From Octopus sinensis (Eukaryota), in assembly GCF_006345805.1 (NCBI RefSeq), contig NC_043006.1, positions 64,108,001 to 64,172,000 of the forward strand: a DNA stretch of 64,000 nt, written 5' to 3'. The position numbers and the translations under genes were made by a program. Within the stretch, counting starts at the first letter, position 1. Each line of letters starts with the position of its first letter. The notes under the pieces are model-generated. The model saw only the letters and a list, made by a program, of their open reading frames with translations. It had not been told where the DNA came from and did no database searches. Positions 1 to 12,993 of the stretch are shown piece by piece.

Positions 1-917
1 GACACACTGGCCATGCAAGACTATAATTTCTTACTCATTGTATGGATAAAATTACATCTAGCTCTAACAGCTAACTACACTGAGGATCAGAAATTACCGA
101 AAAACCTGCATAATCACAGCAAAGCACAACAAGACAACACAGAAACGAGAGTTTGTCATGCAACTTGAATTTTACACCACTGTGATTTTCGGGTGTGAAA
201 CTCGGTCGTGAGAAAAAAAAACTTTCAGTTTCAGTTTCAATTATATATACGTATATATATAAATCCCATATCATCTACAACGTGTGTTAAGCACTCCTAT
301 CTCAATCGTCCGACATAACCAACAGCCATCCATCCATCCACACACACACACACACACACCACACACACATCGTGTGTGTAACAGAATTAAAATCTAAATA
401 AAAAAAGCATTACCAAGCGTCTTTTGGCTACCATCCAGAATCATTGTTGGCAACATTTTCTCGCTGCCAACTGCTTCAATTGTCTACAGTCTCTAACAAT
501 AAAATATTCCAATCCCTCAAGGAATAGCTTTCCTCTCCATTTATTCTTTATCATTTGCTATATTGCCTGCTGCAACAGATAAATAATCTATTTTATGAGC
601 CTTCTATTATTGGCCGAATCGTTTGAGTGTCGGAAAAATAATGCCTTGCGGTATTTTGTTTCGGCTCTTGACGTTCTGAGTTCACATCCTGTCGAGTTCA
701 ACTCTGGCTTTCATCCTTCCGGTGTCGAGAAAATGAAGAGGCATTTAAGTATTACAACCGATTCAAATCGACTAAGTCTCATCTCTGTCGCTTCCATAAA
801 TTTGTGGGGGCGGAGAGGGTTCTACTTATTTCAGAAACGATTATTATTTAAAAGCGATAGAGTAGCAAATAAAATGCTTTCACGTGTTTCGTTACGACCC
901 TTAAAAGTTTTAAGTTC

Positions 918-1310
918 AAGGCTGTGTGGTTAAGAATCTCGCTTTGTAATCACATGGTTTCGGGTCAGTTCCACAGTGCAGCACCTTGGGCAAATGTCTT
1001 CTATAATCCTGGGTCGACCAACACATTGTGAGTGAGAGTCTGGTACACGGAAACTGCGTGGAAGCCTGCTGGATATGTGTATGCGTGTGAGTATGTCTTT
1101 ATGACTATGCCCCCTACCCGCAGCTTGACAACTGCTGTTGGTTTGTTTACGTCCCCATAACCAAGCAGTTTAGCAAAAGCGACTGAAAGAATACGTACTT
1201 AGCTTTAAAAAAAAAGTATTGGGGTCAATTTGTTTCACTAAAACCCGTCAAAGCGATGTCCCAGCATGGCCGCAGTCTAATGACTGAGACAAGCAAAAAA
1301 TAAAAGAAAA
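918..1310 (+). mobile_element. tRNA-derived SINE, family B (diverged full-length copy)
   Basis: Pol III-like head (GGCTGTGTGGTTAAG...GGGTCAGTTCC), CCTTGGGCAAATGTCTTCTA body, internal TG-rich tract, 3' GCCCCAGCATGGCCGCAGTC...GACTGA tail. About 25-30 copies or fragments of this family occur in the window. Confidence 0.8.
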
Positions 1311-1486
1311 CTCATTCTTATGGAAACGCTGGAATTAAGTACCAGTAAAGTATTAAAGTTGGTGGCTCCGTACCTATATTAGGAACCTTTATTATTGTCA
1401 ATAGCGGTGGTGCCCCAGCATGGCCGCGGCCTTCGGGCTAAAACATTTTAAAGGATTTAAGGATTTAGTTGTAGCCCTTTTTTTTC

Positions 1487-1655
1487 AACTTTAGGCACAA
1501 AGCCCGAAATTTGGGGGGAGGGGCCAGTCGATTAGATCGACCCCAGTACGTAACTGGTATTTAATTTACCGACCCTGAAAGGATGAAAAACAAAGTCGAC
1601 CTCGGCGGAATTTGAACTCAGAACGTAAAGACAATTCTGCCAACTCACCGCCTTA
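1487..1655 (-). mobile_element. tRNA-derived SINE, family A
   Basis: Reverse strand reads GGCGGTGAGTTGGCAGAAT...GAGTTCAAATTCCGCCGAGGTCGACTTTG...CATCCTTTC...AAATACCAGTTACGTACTGGGGTCGATCTAATCGAC...GGGCTTTGTGCC; internal deletion in the head. Confidence 0.8.
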
Positions 1656-1730
1656 TAAGTAATAGACTGACAGAAAGAGTAGAGCGCCAAGTTAAATAGC
1701 TTCAATTGATATAGGACGTGTATGTGTATA

Positions 1731-1749
<19 letters not shown>

Positions 1750-1800
<51 letters not shown>
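1750..1800. repeat. (GA)n microsatellite preceded by (TG)n
   Basis: Direct inspection. Similar (GA)n tracts at 3265-3360, 3990-4040, 12935-12990, 28795-28860, 29278-29325. Confidence 0.95.
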
Positions 1801-1802
<2 letters not shown>

Positions 1803-1889
1803 AAGGTTAGAAGAGAAAGGGTAAGGGCCATAACCTGTTTTAGGAGCTCTGAGATTGATGGGAAGAAGAAAGGAAGTTACACTCAACCA

Positions 1890-2170
1890 GGCGCATGCGT
1901 GGCTGTGTGGTAAGAAGTTTCGAGTTCAGTCCCTAGGGCAAATGTCTTCCACAACAGCCTCAGAAGAAGCCCGTCGGGTGTGTGTGTGTGTGTGTGTGTG
2001 TGTGCGTTTGTCTCATACCACCAAGTCGGTGTGGTTAAGTCCCCGTAACTTAGTGATTTTGCAAAAGAGACCGATAGAATAAGTACGGGGGTTGATTCGT
2101 TCGACTAAAATTCTTCAAGGCGGTGCTCCAGCATGGCCGCAGGCAAATGACTGAAACAAGTAAAAGAATA
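1890..2170 (+). mobile_element. SINE family B, internally deleted copy
   Basis: Head GCGTGGCTGTGTGGTAAG, internal (TG)n, tail GGCGGTGCTCCAGCATGGCCGCAG...GAAACAAGTAAAAGAATAAAAGA. Confidence 0.8.
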
Positions 2171-3262
2171 AAAGACTAAACCAAGAGACCTGGTCTGAAT
2201 ACTTCCAGGAAAGTGGGCTTCACTAAAAAACCCTAACGGGCCAAGTGGTGGTATTAAGCCGGTCAATGGATTAAGCCCAACACTCTAAAACAGTAACGGC
2301 CCCTCTGTGGAGCATTCACAAAATCACACCTACTATTTCATTCATGCTTCGATCAACCAAAGAATCGTGCACTAGAACTGGATTCGAGATTACGGAGTTG
2401 TGAAATGAACTTCTTTAATCGCACAACCATGAACGTTATGTCTGAACATGTTTCCATACGGCATTCAATTCCCGCCGAGCTTAGCTTTGTTTTTCATCTT
2501 TCAAAACTAGTTTTGCAATCGATTCAAACGAAACTGCCACTCCCCTCCACCATTCCTGATGTATGGTTCATTCCAAGATATTGTTAGCAACATCGCTTCA
2601 CCCGACACCCAGTTTCGACATTTGCTTTGCGCTACGCATTGAACAATTCACAGGTAATTCCCTACGTCTAGTTCCGATCATGGTTGGTACAATTTGGATT
2701 AGAAAGAAAACCTTGTGAACAGAAGGAGTTAACCGTTTCTGCCAAGCAAAATCAGCCATAAAAATAAACAAATCTGAGCGACGCACAAATGCGCACATGC
2801 ACAAGCGTGTATGAATACATAGGTACGCACGCAGACGTGAGCGTATAAACTCACCCGCGCACACACACACACACACTCGTAGAGACATATATATGTATAT
2901 ACATATAGAGACATACATACATATACATACATGCACATATGCACGCACAAACACTGGTACACAAACACACTCGCACACTCAAACGCAACACTTACAACAC
3001 CCGACAAATGCGTATAGACACAAATTACATACGCAGACATGAACACACACATACATACATACACACACACTGGTTTTGCTGGTGAAGTTTCAGCTATAAA
3101 TGTCATACTGATGAGGGAACGAGATCTGAGCTGAGAACAATCATAGCCTGGAAACATGTTCAGACGTGAAGTGTGCTTGAAACAACACATAGACGTCGTC
3201 TGTTCGGTTGCTTTTGTTCAGTAAATTCTTTTATTCCGTTATTTACCTCTTTACTCTAACAC

Positions 3263-3362
<100 letters not shown>

Positions 3363-3988
3363 AAAAAATGCGTAGCTGCCATAGAGGCGCAGAGGAAAGA
3401 CGATAGAAATTCATCATTAGGGCTTTCCATTATTGAAGTAATACTTTAACAGCGAGATCCGTAGAAATTCCACGGTTTTATTAATTGATGTTCTTATTTC
3501 AATTGTAATGCATAAATTTATAGATCTTCACAATAATTCCTTGTTATAAATTTCAATTATATCTCCGATTTCGTTCCATACATAATTAAGCTTGTGTTGT
3601 CAGTATATTAAAGATTTCAATTATATCTTCGATTTCCTTCCATAGTGAAACTTGTTGCAAATAAAAATCTGCATAGCCTTAGTTCAGCCCTAGATATATT
3701 GAAATATCTTCCGGTGATTTCAATGTAACCCCCACCCAATATTCTTAAGGGGACGGTGAGGTTAATTTGATTATTAGGCAATCCTTCGATAATGGAACAC
3801 GACGTCATTCACTCACATAACCTTCCTCATGGCATAGACAAAGAGAGAGAGAATGATGTCTCCTCATACTGACACTCTATAGACCAATATCGAAGGATCG
3901 TCGATTACTACAAGACAGAAGTCTAACTTAACTGTCTTGCATTGTACTATTTAATTTGTCTCGTATCTTGTTATCTGAATCAGATTAC

Positions 3989-4053
<65 letters not shown>

Positions 4054-4146
4054 ATCTCTCTACGCATTTACCTCCTTCATCTGCCTCTTTTACCTTTCTC
4101 GTATTCAGGTTCCACTAAAAATAATAACACACATATGCATGCACAT

Positions 4147-4363
4147 ACTCTTTTACTCTTTTACTTGTTTCAGTCATTTGACTGCGGCCATGCTGGAGCA
4201 CCACCTTTAGTCGAGCAAATCGACCCCGCGACTTATTCTTTGTAAGCCCAGTACTTATTCTATCGGTCTCTTTTTGCCGAACCGCTAAGTGACGGGAACG
4301 TAAACACACCAGCATCGGTTGTCAACCGATGGTGGGGGGACAAACACAGACACACAAACATGT

Positions 4364-4394
<31 letters not shown>

Positions 4395-4537
4395 CATATA
4401 TACGACAGGCTTCTTTCAGTTTCCGTCTACCAAATCCACTCACAAGGCATTGGTCGGCCCAAGATGCCACGCAGTGGATTGAACCCGGAACCATGTGGTT
4501 GTAAGCAAGCTACTTACCACACAGCCACTCCTGCGCC
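4147..4537 (-). mobile_element. SINE family B, near-intact reference copy
   Basis: Minus strand: GGCGCAGGAGTGGCTGTGTGG (A box)...GGGTTCAATCC (B box)...GGAAACTGAAAGAAGCCTGTCG-(TA)n(TG)n-...GGTGGTGCTCCAGCATGGCCGCAGTC...AGTAAAAGAGTAAAAGAGT tail. Confidence 0.9.
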
Positions 4538-4609
4538 TATGTATACATGTATACATATATTATACATCTATTCACACGCGCGCGCGCACACACACACACA
4601 CTTTATGTG

Positions 4610-4640
<31 letters not shown>

Positions 4641-4841
4641 ATACACACACATATATATATAAGTTCAGTAAAATTTAGATTCAGATGAATATGGTACTTA
4701 AGTTGAAGGCACCAGAATTTAGTATGGTATTATACACATAATTTAAAATAAGGTGATTATAATCAAAATAAGCAACAATTACATTAAATGGGGTCACATG
4801 AAACGATCGTACTGCATTACCTCCTTGTTGCTTATTTTGAT

Positions 4842-4873
<32 letters not shown>

Positions 4874-5938
4874 GATTTCTTACATGGGTAAAAAGTTCAA
4901 AATACCGAGTAAGGGAGTAGCTAATTAGATCGACCTCAGTAATTAACTGGTACTTATTTTATCAACCCCAGAAGGTTGAGAGGTGAAGTCGACTTTGGTA
5001 CGACTTGAACTCAGAGCGTAAAATCACACAATTGAACACCACACTACCGTTTCGTCTCTCCATCGAGTATGAGTGTGTGAGTGGCAAGTTCAGGGCGTGT
5101 GTCAGAGAGAAAACCAATGTATCTGTGAGTGCACGTGTTTCGCGAACGCCATTCCGGAGTCGTACGAAAACCTGAATAGATCACTAAATAAATTAGGGGA
5201 CATAAAAGCAACCATTTAATTTCCACTGTTCTTTTACAGTCAAGCTTTTTTGCTTCCTGTTAATATTGTATCACAGAATTCTAGGAAATGAGTTGTCCAT
5301 TTTAGGGTAGACTTTGCCATCATACAATAAGAGTTATATAGGAAATTAGGTATAAAAAAAAAAAGAGAAAATGATACATATATTAGGGGGAAATTAAATA
5401 TTCTGAATCCAATATAAAGTAATAATCAGTAAGGATTTCATAAAACATTTATTATATATGCAGTTTAATCAATTTATGGGAACATTAAATACAAAAGATC
5501 CGTGGTGGGTTTTGAGCGACGTTAATTTTAATAAATATATCAATACATAAATAACATTGAATACGAAACTAAAGAGGCTTAAAAATCAGACTCACTCCAC
5601 ACGGCATAATACATCAATTGTGTTTTATTTGCTTCAGTTAAAGAACTACGGCCATGCTTGAGCACTACGTTGACTGATTTAGTCGAACAAATCGACCTCA
5701 TTCTCGTACCTATTTATCTTAGTTTACTTCATCAATCAACCCTAACCCTAACCCTTGATAGATTGGATATTTTTCCGTAAGCATTCGTCAAAGTTAACAC
5801 GCCAGCCAATCGCGAAAAACAACCTCCACTCATTCTAAGATCTACAATAACGGATACACCCGAAAGACGTACTGTATTCTATACTTAATCAACAGAAACT
5901 CCGAGCCTTCGTCTTTGCGATTTTGACTAGATTAATTC

Positions 5939-5939
<1 letters not shown>

Positions 5940-5981
<42 letters not shown>

Positions 5982-6525
5982 GAGTGAGAGAGCAGTACAT
6001 GCAATCAAAGTGACATTGGGGTAAAATATACGAAGCCCAGTATACTCATCGTGACTACCCGTCTGATAAGGGTACACCAGGTACATGCATCACAACCATG
6101 TGTGCGCGACATGGTGATCTCATATCAAGATAAACAGCGCATGACCTTGCAGGTGGGGCCCAGTTAGAATTTTCTCCTGGTCGAGTAGCCCATCCCGCTC
6201 AAAAGGTCCCTGAATAAGGATTGTTTAAGGATGTTGAACGAAACACCCATGTTTCCAAACCTCCAAGAATCCTTCACAACAAACGGCTATGATGCTCCTC
6301 CACTACTTCTGCTCGTGGTCAGAGATGCACATATCGTCAAGCACCAAGGGACATGCTCAACTGGTTAAGGTCAAACAACTGACAAGCAAATCTGTGGTAT
6401 TGAGCAGAATATTTGTTGTAGCCCATCTTTTATACCAAGACAAAACAATGTACATGATAACACTTCCAATCAGTTAAGATCAGAAGCCATGAGATCCACT
6501 GTCTGTTATTATTATTATTATTATT
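5940..6525 (-). mobile_element. Unclassified non-LTR retroelement 3' region with (TAA)n tail
   Basis: ~520 bp complex sequence ending on the minus strand in CTCTCTCACTC(AAT)n (5940-5980), with (TTA)n also at 6505-6525; no ORF. Classification is inference. Confidence 0.45.
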
Positions 6526-7184
6526 TTTTTTTTTTTTTGTCATCAAAAGGAGGCGTAATTTGAATTAATCAACATATTTTGGGAAACATCAAATTAACAA
6601 CGCTTTAGTAATCAACTCTATATTATATAGTGATCAGAAATGTAAATGGTGGAATGGCAAGCACTGCAGTGTTTGTAGAAAACTGCTTGCAAATCTATTC
6701 AAAGATCAAGGTTTAATTTCTGGTAATACTCTATTATCCTTGAAAACTGCAAAACCACCACAACTCACATCTCTCCTATAACTTCTAACTATAGTTCTAA
6801 CTAAACAATTTTATATTCTGACATGGCGCATCTCAGCTGCATCATCCGATGGTAAGCTATGACTGGAGGTAGAAGTGTGGTGTATTCATTGATCAGGCCT
6901 AGTCGTTCAATAGTATTTTTAATGTGCCATAGATTTGTCCGATCAGAGCTAACCTGGGGTTATACAATAACAACAAGCACATTGAACAGAGGTACGCAAG
7001 TAGTGTAAAATTACTGGAACTTTGAAATAATCACAACCAATTAGCAAAAGGCTATTATTCCCGCCCACATATTGTTGGGAACAGGGGATTTCAGCAATAT
7101 TTGATATCAAAAAGAAATTACGTGCAAGACTCAACTGAGAATGATACACAAGAGCTTCACTCGATGGCACGGATTTGCGATGGC

Positions 7185-7360
7185 TGTTGTTTAACCCCAG
7201 ACCAACCCTGATTGAGCAAGACTTATAATAAAAAGTAGTCCAACCACGAGCATACCTTCTATACATATGTAGGACTACACCTTCTAATAGTACAGTGTAA
7301 ATCGAGGGAGAAATGGCACCTATTTCTAACAGGCCGAGCACACACGTAAACAGACTCCCT
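7185..7360 (+). repeat. Dispersed ~200-bp repeat, family E (unclassified)
   Basis: Shared motifs TTTAGCCCCAGGTCA...TGATC and GGTGTGATTTGAGGGAGATTTGGCTGCTATTTCTAGCAGG. Diverged copies near 7640-7730, 7880-7985, 15420-15625(-), 17760-17935(-), 22220-22410, 25040-25220, 55400-55560(-), 56890-57090(-), 57230-57420, 57590-57740, 59100-59360. Confidence 0.65.
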
Positions 7361-7749
7361 TATTTGCTTAGGGCTACTATAATGTTTCTGGCTGTTGGTC
7401 ATATTTTCTAACTTAGAACATGAGATATTTGTGGTGGGACTACAAAAGTGGTAGATGCGATTGCAGCAGCAGTAGTACCAGCACTCTAAGATAAATCCTG
7501 ATAAGGCTTGACATAATCAAATGATATTCCAACCATGACCATCCTGTCTCCTTTTCTTTCATGACGTGTATGTCCACATACACACACACATACATGTATG
7601 TATGTATGTATGTATGTACGTATGTGACCACATTATACTATGCTTCCTTCAAGACAATACGTAAGGTGTGATTCGAGGGAGATTTGGTTGCTATTTCTAC
7701 GACTGATCACAAAAAGCTTCTTCAATGTCTATCAGCAGCAATTGTGGTG

Positions 7750-7798
<49 letters not shown>

Positions 7799-8193
7799 GA
7801 GGAGGAGGAGGAGGAGGAGGAGGAGGAGAGCTTGACTCTCCGGTCAGCGCTCAATTGTAGTAAAACTATGATTCCATCCGAAATCGCACCATCTTTTCAT
7901 GTTATTTAAGATAACATTGACCAATGTAGAGGTGTGATCTGAGGGGATTTGTCTGCTATTTCTAGCAAAGCCCTTCATTGGCTCCCAGCCTGATGAGAGT
8001 TAGGGGAGGGGTGTAACATATCAGTGTTGATGCCAGTAACGAGGGGGCGGGCACAGGCGCGAACAGCAGTTTACAGTGTCCAAATTAATTTGGACGACTG
8101 AAAAGGTCACAACTTACAGAACAGAAGGATGCATACAACACACATACACACAAATAAATAAATAGATATATACATAGGTACATACATACATAC

Positions 8194-8282
<89 letters not shown>

Positions 8283-10049
8283 TACACACACAGATAGAAT
8301 GAATACACTTACCGACCCAACTGAATGGTGGTAGTAGTAGTAGTAGTAGAACGGCAACAGCAGCAGCGACAATGGCAGCAGGAGCTACGGCAGTACTACT
8401 ACAGCTGCAACTAGTTGCATTCACAGTAACACACACACACACACACATCACATTACATCACATCACAGCGTGGTGACAGTGGTGCTGGTGGCGGCACTGT
8501 TGTAATGGTTGCCGATCACATTTTATATATATTTTATATGTGTGTTACAGCAACAACAGAACGTTCGTGTGTAAGTGTGAGCATAACAATAATATAGTGA
8601 CGTGCCTAAGTGGAAGAAGTCTTTAAGTGGTTGTCGCAACAGCGGCAGTGATGATCGTGGTGGCATGAGTGGCTGGAAAAGAGGCAGGCGCTTCTGAGTG
8701 GTTTCATGTGTTGCGGAGAGACGATGATGGTAGTGTGTGAGAGGTTAGTTGACAGTTGAGAATATAGAAATGATGGTGATGATGATGATGATGATGATAG
8801 TGGTGGTAAAGATGGAAGTGGCTATTTATAGCCGTATTACTGTTGTTCATGGACGTGAGGGACAGACAGACAGACAGATAAATAGACAGAGATGTAGAAG
8901 GAAATTACTCGATGGCGACATCGACGGGTAACCTTTGACTTTTTTCTATCTATCCCAAAGGGTCTTTTTAACCCAGTATACGCTATCATTTATAGCTTTG
9001 TCTGCTTCGAAATTTAAAGTCCCAAAAAGAAAAAGAATTGCGTGCGCGCGCATGTGTTACTGTTTTATTTTTTTTTTTGTATTTTGTATTCCCCGTTCCC
9101 ACTGTTTGACAACTGATGCTGGTTTGTTTACATCCCCGTAGCATAACGGTTCGGTAAATGAAACTGATAAAATAAGCGCCAAACCTGAGGAAAAAATAAA
9201 CCATGGGATCACTTTGTTCGACTAAACCCTTCAAGGCAGTTGCCCAGCATGGTCGCAGTCCAATGACTGAAGCAAGTAAAAGATAAAAGACGTATAAAAA
9301 AGAACTATGTTTAGATGCACTAAGAGGGCAAAGATAATTTAAACAGCATTGTGATCACTCCATGGAGCCTACACATGTCATAGAGTTTTTTTTTATTTGT
9401 TCCAAACTGATGATTCACATTGTTGTTGACGACTCATGAGTTTCTTGCTATCTGTGATGTTTCTTTATGAGACCGCTCATGATTTTTGTCACCTGAAGGA
9501 ACGTACACAGCTAAAAATCACTGAATAAGCTATGGAAGAAATATTTCGCTACTGTTCTTAACAAAATACTGTTGTTAACAAAATGCTATCAAAAGTAATT
9601 TTATTGTATATCCACGTTGTGTAAGATATACAGAACGCTATTTTGAACTAATACTGCTTCCGTTGCTGAAATACGTATTTTTATATATCTCGTAATGATA
9701 AAGGCCTTTTGTTGACATGTTGCTTTATTAATGTCCCCGTAACATAGTAGTTCGGCAAAAGAGATCAATGGAATAAGTACTAGGCGTACAAAGAATAAGT
9801 CCTGGGGTCGATTTTTCGACTAGAAAAAGACCCCTTTAATGTGGTGCTCCAGCATGCCGCAGTCAAACGAAAAACACGACAAGAATAAAGAATATATATA
9901 TATAAATAAAATTAAATAAATGGCACAACGAAGCACCGATATTTACTTTTATATGTATAATTTTACCCTCACGGGCTATCCTTTACTGGAAAGCAATACT
10001 CTCGTATTGCATTACTATTTTCATATATATATACACACACACACACACA

Positions 10050-10212
10050 CTTTTTCTCTCCTTTTTTCTTTCTGTGTCCCTTCCTGTGGAAGAGTGTAGG
10101 CTCGAAACGTTAAAGACTTTTTCAATTCCCGAGCGTTATACTAATACCTCTGTTTGTTTTCTACACCACCTGTCTCCGTTTTTTTTTTTTTTTTTCGTGA
10201 ATTCTCCCCATA
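10050..10212 (+). mobile_element. Penelope-like element 3' terminal fragment with HHR-like motif
   Basis: Homologous to 33205-33385(-), the 3' end of the GIY-YIG element, and to 14209-14415(-); contains GAGTGTAGGCTCGAAACGTTAAAGA. Confidence 0.7.
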
Positions 10213-10689
10213 TATAGGCAGACACACACAACCAGCGCAAGTGTACGACGCAGGCGTAATATTTATAATTAAATGGACTTAGAAAAGCACAAGACAAATT
10301 GAAATTAATTATTGTAGTTGGAGATGAATTTAAATAATATTGTTTTAGAGGAATTCAGGGAGAAAAGTAGAGAGAATAGAAGGGGAAAACGGGGTGCTCT
10401 TAGCATGTTAATAATGTCGTTAAAATTAGGGTTTAGTTTTCTTTCTCCCCATACCATCCTCTTTTGTGCATCGAAATCATAGTCAATGGTTTATTCTGAA
10501 TCTAAGGAACATGAATAAAATTTTGTGCACTTTGGGAAAAGGAAGTTTGTTGGGTAACCTTTATAGAAGACTTGTTGGGAGTAGGAAGGAGGTCAAAAGG
10601 CCGAAGATGTTGGAATTCCAGATCTTCATGGAAATAGGTTCCGAATCTTTTCACTCTAGTGGGGACAAATTTTAAATATTTCAAATATA

Positions 10690-10895
10690 TGCGTGGTCGA
10701 TGCCAGTGCCGCCTGACTGGCTCCCATTCCGGTGGCACTTAAAAAGCACCCGTTACAATTTCGGAGTGGTTAGCGTTAGGAAGGGCATCCAGCTGTAGAA
10801 ACTTTGCCAGATCAGATTGGAGCCTGGTGCGGCCTCTTGGCTTGCCAGTCCTCAGTCAAACCGTCCAACCCATGCCAGCAAGGAAAGCTGATGAT
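10690..10895 (+). mobile_element. RTE-type 3' tail fragment (SINE or LINE end) with (TGA)n
   Basis: AGGAAGGGCATCCAGCTGTAGAAAC...CCAACCCATGCCAGC...(TGA)n tail; degenerate second copy at ~14035-14150. Confidence 0.55.
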
Positions 10896-10959
10896 GATGA
10901 TGCTGATTTAGTAGTGTAGACTTCACTGAAGCCACTGTACTATCTATCTCTCATTATTT

Positions 10960-12150
10960 CTCAGCTGATATGATACCACTACCTATATGACTCATACTGG
11001 CTAAGTTAAAGTGCATCCGAGTTATTCTTCATCTTCTCGATGAACTCATGTTTCTGTATGTTTAAATATCAGCTCAGCTGCAGTTGAAGAAACGCGAGAG
11101 GAGCATTCTTAAATTTTAAAAGACAAGCTTCATCTCCATCATATACAAGTGCTTCAACTCTCTGCCATCGCCCTAGAATTTTCTTCAAAGTGGAGAGTCA
11201 AATATGGGGATGCTTCTACATTTGAATGAAACTAAAAACATTCTTTTAAAATTTCATTTCAACTTCAGCGGGAATATCCTTAGGCCTCCACCTCTTATGT
11301 TGTACTTTTCCAGGTTCAGTTAAGAACTTGCGCCCACAATGTTCTTGCTAGTTCACTCTTTTTTTTAAAGTCAACAATAACTGTTGTTGTGACAAAAGGT
11401 ATCATTGATAAAAAGAAATTAAATTTTTCCAAAAAGTTTAAACTATATTTTTAAAAAAGTCAATTTCATGAATTGAAAAAAAAAAAGAAACGATATAAAT
11501 ATACCAATGAATGAACCTGAGTAAAAGGTGGAAAATGCCAGCAAAGCAGCAGTAGATTAATTAAGTGATGCTATTCAGAGAGCAGTGCAATAAAGGAGTC
11601 GAGCAATTTAAGGTCACTTTCACATTCTCCAAGAACATCTTGAACATACCGCAAGTCTCTTTATTGCCAAAATAAGATTTCAATGTTTCAAATGAACATT
11701 ACTTTTTTAAAAGGTATGTTGATTTGTCTGTTCCCTTTCCATTCCTCACAACACTCCTTATGAAAAACACGACTATATCTGGAAGTGACTGGAATTATAA
11801 GTGAAGAAACACGACAGGTAGTCGGAAACTTTTTTTTTTTTTTTTTTGTTAGTGGGGAGCAGAAACCAAATGCAAATCTATAAGCATGCTAAAAGTTGAG
11901 AAAAACAACGAACCTTTAATTGCACAAATTCATATTAAATTACTTATGCCGTCAGTCATGTCTCTCTGAAAAGTTATTTTGTTCCCGGATAAGTTCTAAT
12001 ATTTTATATTCTTATAAATACGGCCCTAAGGAACTTTTGGAGCATTAAGTACCTTCTTGATCGATAATGTCAAAATCAATTTGACTTTGCTGTGTGTTGC
12101 TGCTAAACTTGACATCCATTTTGTTTCTTTTCGCCATTAGTACCTAAGTA
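10960..12150 (-). pseudogene. Possible heavily degraded hAT transposase remnant
   Basis: Manual minus-strand translation gives broken fragments reminiscent of the hAT C-terminal dimerisation region (F*NLRMLL..VSSTAAE..NLASMSHI) and an LHC-like patch; many stops and frameshifts. Confidence 0.25.
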
Positions 12151-12245
12151 TTTGCTTGTACCTATCTTATTTACACAAAAATACGTTTTAATTTTATTTT
12201 GTTCATATTCAAATCCACGCATTTTCAATTCATTATGCTTAATTA

Positions 12246-12377
12246 CTATATTTTCCGACGTACAAGCCGAATTTTTGAGACCAAAAAGGAAGATCGACGT
12301 AATGCAGCAGGGTTTGGAAAGATAATAATGTTTGAATGTTTATACTAAACATCCGACTTGTATGGCGGAAAATACTT
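12246..12377. mobile_element. pogo/Tc1-mariner-type MITE
   Basis: Imperfect TIRs TATTTTCCGACGTACAAGCCG / CGACTTGTATGGCGGAAAATA, with TA on both flanks (12244-12245, 12378-12379). Related fragments at ~50672-50862 and ~63406-63548. Confidence 0.65.
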
Positions 12378-12934
12378 TAACAAATTTTCAAAAACACAGG
12401 GTTTTTTCTGTTTCGTTTTTTTTTAATCACATACTCGTAATTTTATTCAGTTTTACAGAAAAAAATTCTCTCGTATGAATTTATTATACATATGTAATTA
12501 TCGCAAATACACAAATATACATTTTAAACTTATTTTATTTAGAATGTAACCGCATAACTACTTAATTCAACAATTCTAATAACATTCACGTCTTTTTCCT
12601 CAAACAAGCATAATTTTTCAGCATACATTCATTATTTTGTTTGTGGCACACTGTGCCGCCACTCCCCGTCATACAATTCTATCTCGATAAGTATTTTAAA
12701 TATATAAATTTTAATGAAAATATTACAGGTATTTGAAACATATAAGAACTTTAAAATAAGTGATATAACAGGATCTTTTAACACACTCAAAACTTATCAA
12801 TTTCGAATTTTTTCTGCGCGTTCAGTTATTTATTGTTATTCTTTTTGTATTTTTTCTTATTCTATTCATCCCCCTACGTCTGGAAATCAGATACAAGAAA
12901 GTAACAATTTGCGAAATTTTCAACTTCCAGTTAA

Positions 12935-12993
<59 letters not shown>

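Noticed and set aside
4795-4818. GAAACGATCGTA palindromic helix III-like motif
   Set aside because: No upstream CTGANGA core.
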